This document shows positions 31,958 to 32,000 of a stretch of DNA of 32,000 nucleotides, one piece after another; the first letter of the stretch is position 1; each line of letters starts with the position of its first letter. A program made the translations under genes and the position numbers. The DNA is taken from sequence record MN095772.1; one strand, written 5' to 3'. This DNA comes from Stenotrophomonas phage Moby. Below the pieces are notes generated by a model. It saw nothing but the letters and a program-made list of their open reading frames with translations. It was not told the DNA's origin and did no database searches.

Positions 31958-32000
31958 TGAGCACCAACAGCGAAAAGGCGTATCGCATCCGCGATTACCT
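31957..32000 (+). CDS. Start of a hypothetical protein truncated by the window edge
   Basis: AAGGAGG SD and TAATG overlap; MSTNSEKAYRIRDYL... Confidence 0.6.
   Translation, partial: MSTNSEKAYRIRDY

Noticed and set aside
1-32000. tRNA genes or CRISPR arrays
   Set aside because: No cloverleaf-like intergenic sequence or regularly spaced short repeats were noticed; intergenic gaps are mostly too short for tRNAs. A tRNAscan run would be decisive.

Overview
This 32 kb window looks like a core replication and late-gene region of a T4-superfamily (Tevenvirinae-like) myovirus with many non-T4 accessory genes. By protein motifs I recognise homologs of T4 gp43 (family B DNA polymerase), UvsX, gp41 helicase, gp61 primase, RNase H, gp33, gp59, gp32, DexA, a probable DsbA and a gp26-like baseplate protein. 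There is also a large coiled-coil protein with a transglycosylase-like domain and a nested Rz/Rz1 spanin pair on the minus strand. The accessory content is the most interesting part. (1) A probable 7-deazaguanine DNA-modification cassette (FolE, QueC-like, DpdA/TGT-like, QueE-like with its third cluster cysteine replaced by Phe) is interleaved with a full-length myo-inositol-1-phosphate synthase and a small HAD-like phosphatase. (2) A tightly overlapping block encodes a pol-beta-fold NTase, a possible PD-(D/E)XK protein, a divergent DNA/RNA-ligase-like protein and an NMNAT-like protein. (3) A 1202-aa protein has a C-terminal PARP-like ADP-ribosyltransferase domain. (4) A gp32 homolog lacks all cysteines. 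(5) A protein carries three exact-period (270 bp) Ig-like repeats. I also found ORFs missing from the supplied track (a partial membrane protein at 1-299 minus, and 41-, 54- and 21-aa ORFs), a shared TAAATATCC(A/T)G late-promoter-like motif at three places, and a set of sigma70-like promoters with a uniform 17-nt spacer. All homology calls are from motif recognition and memory. No database search was run.
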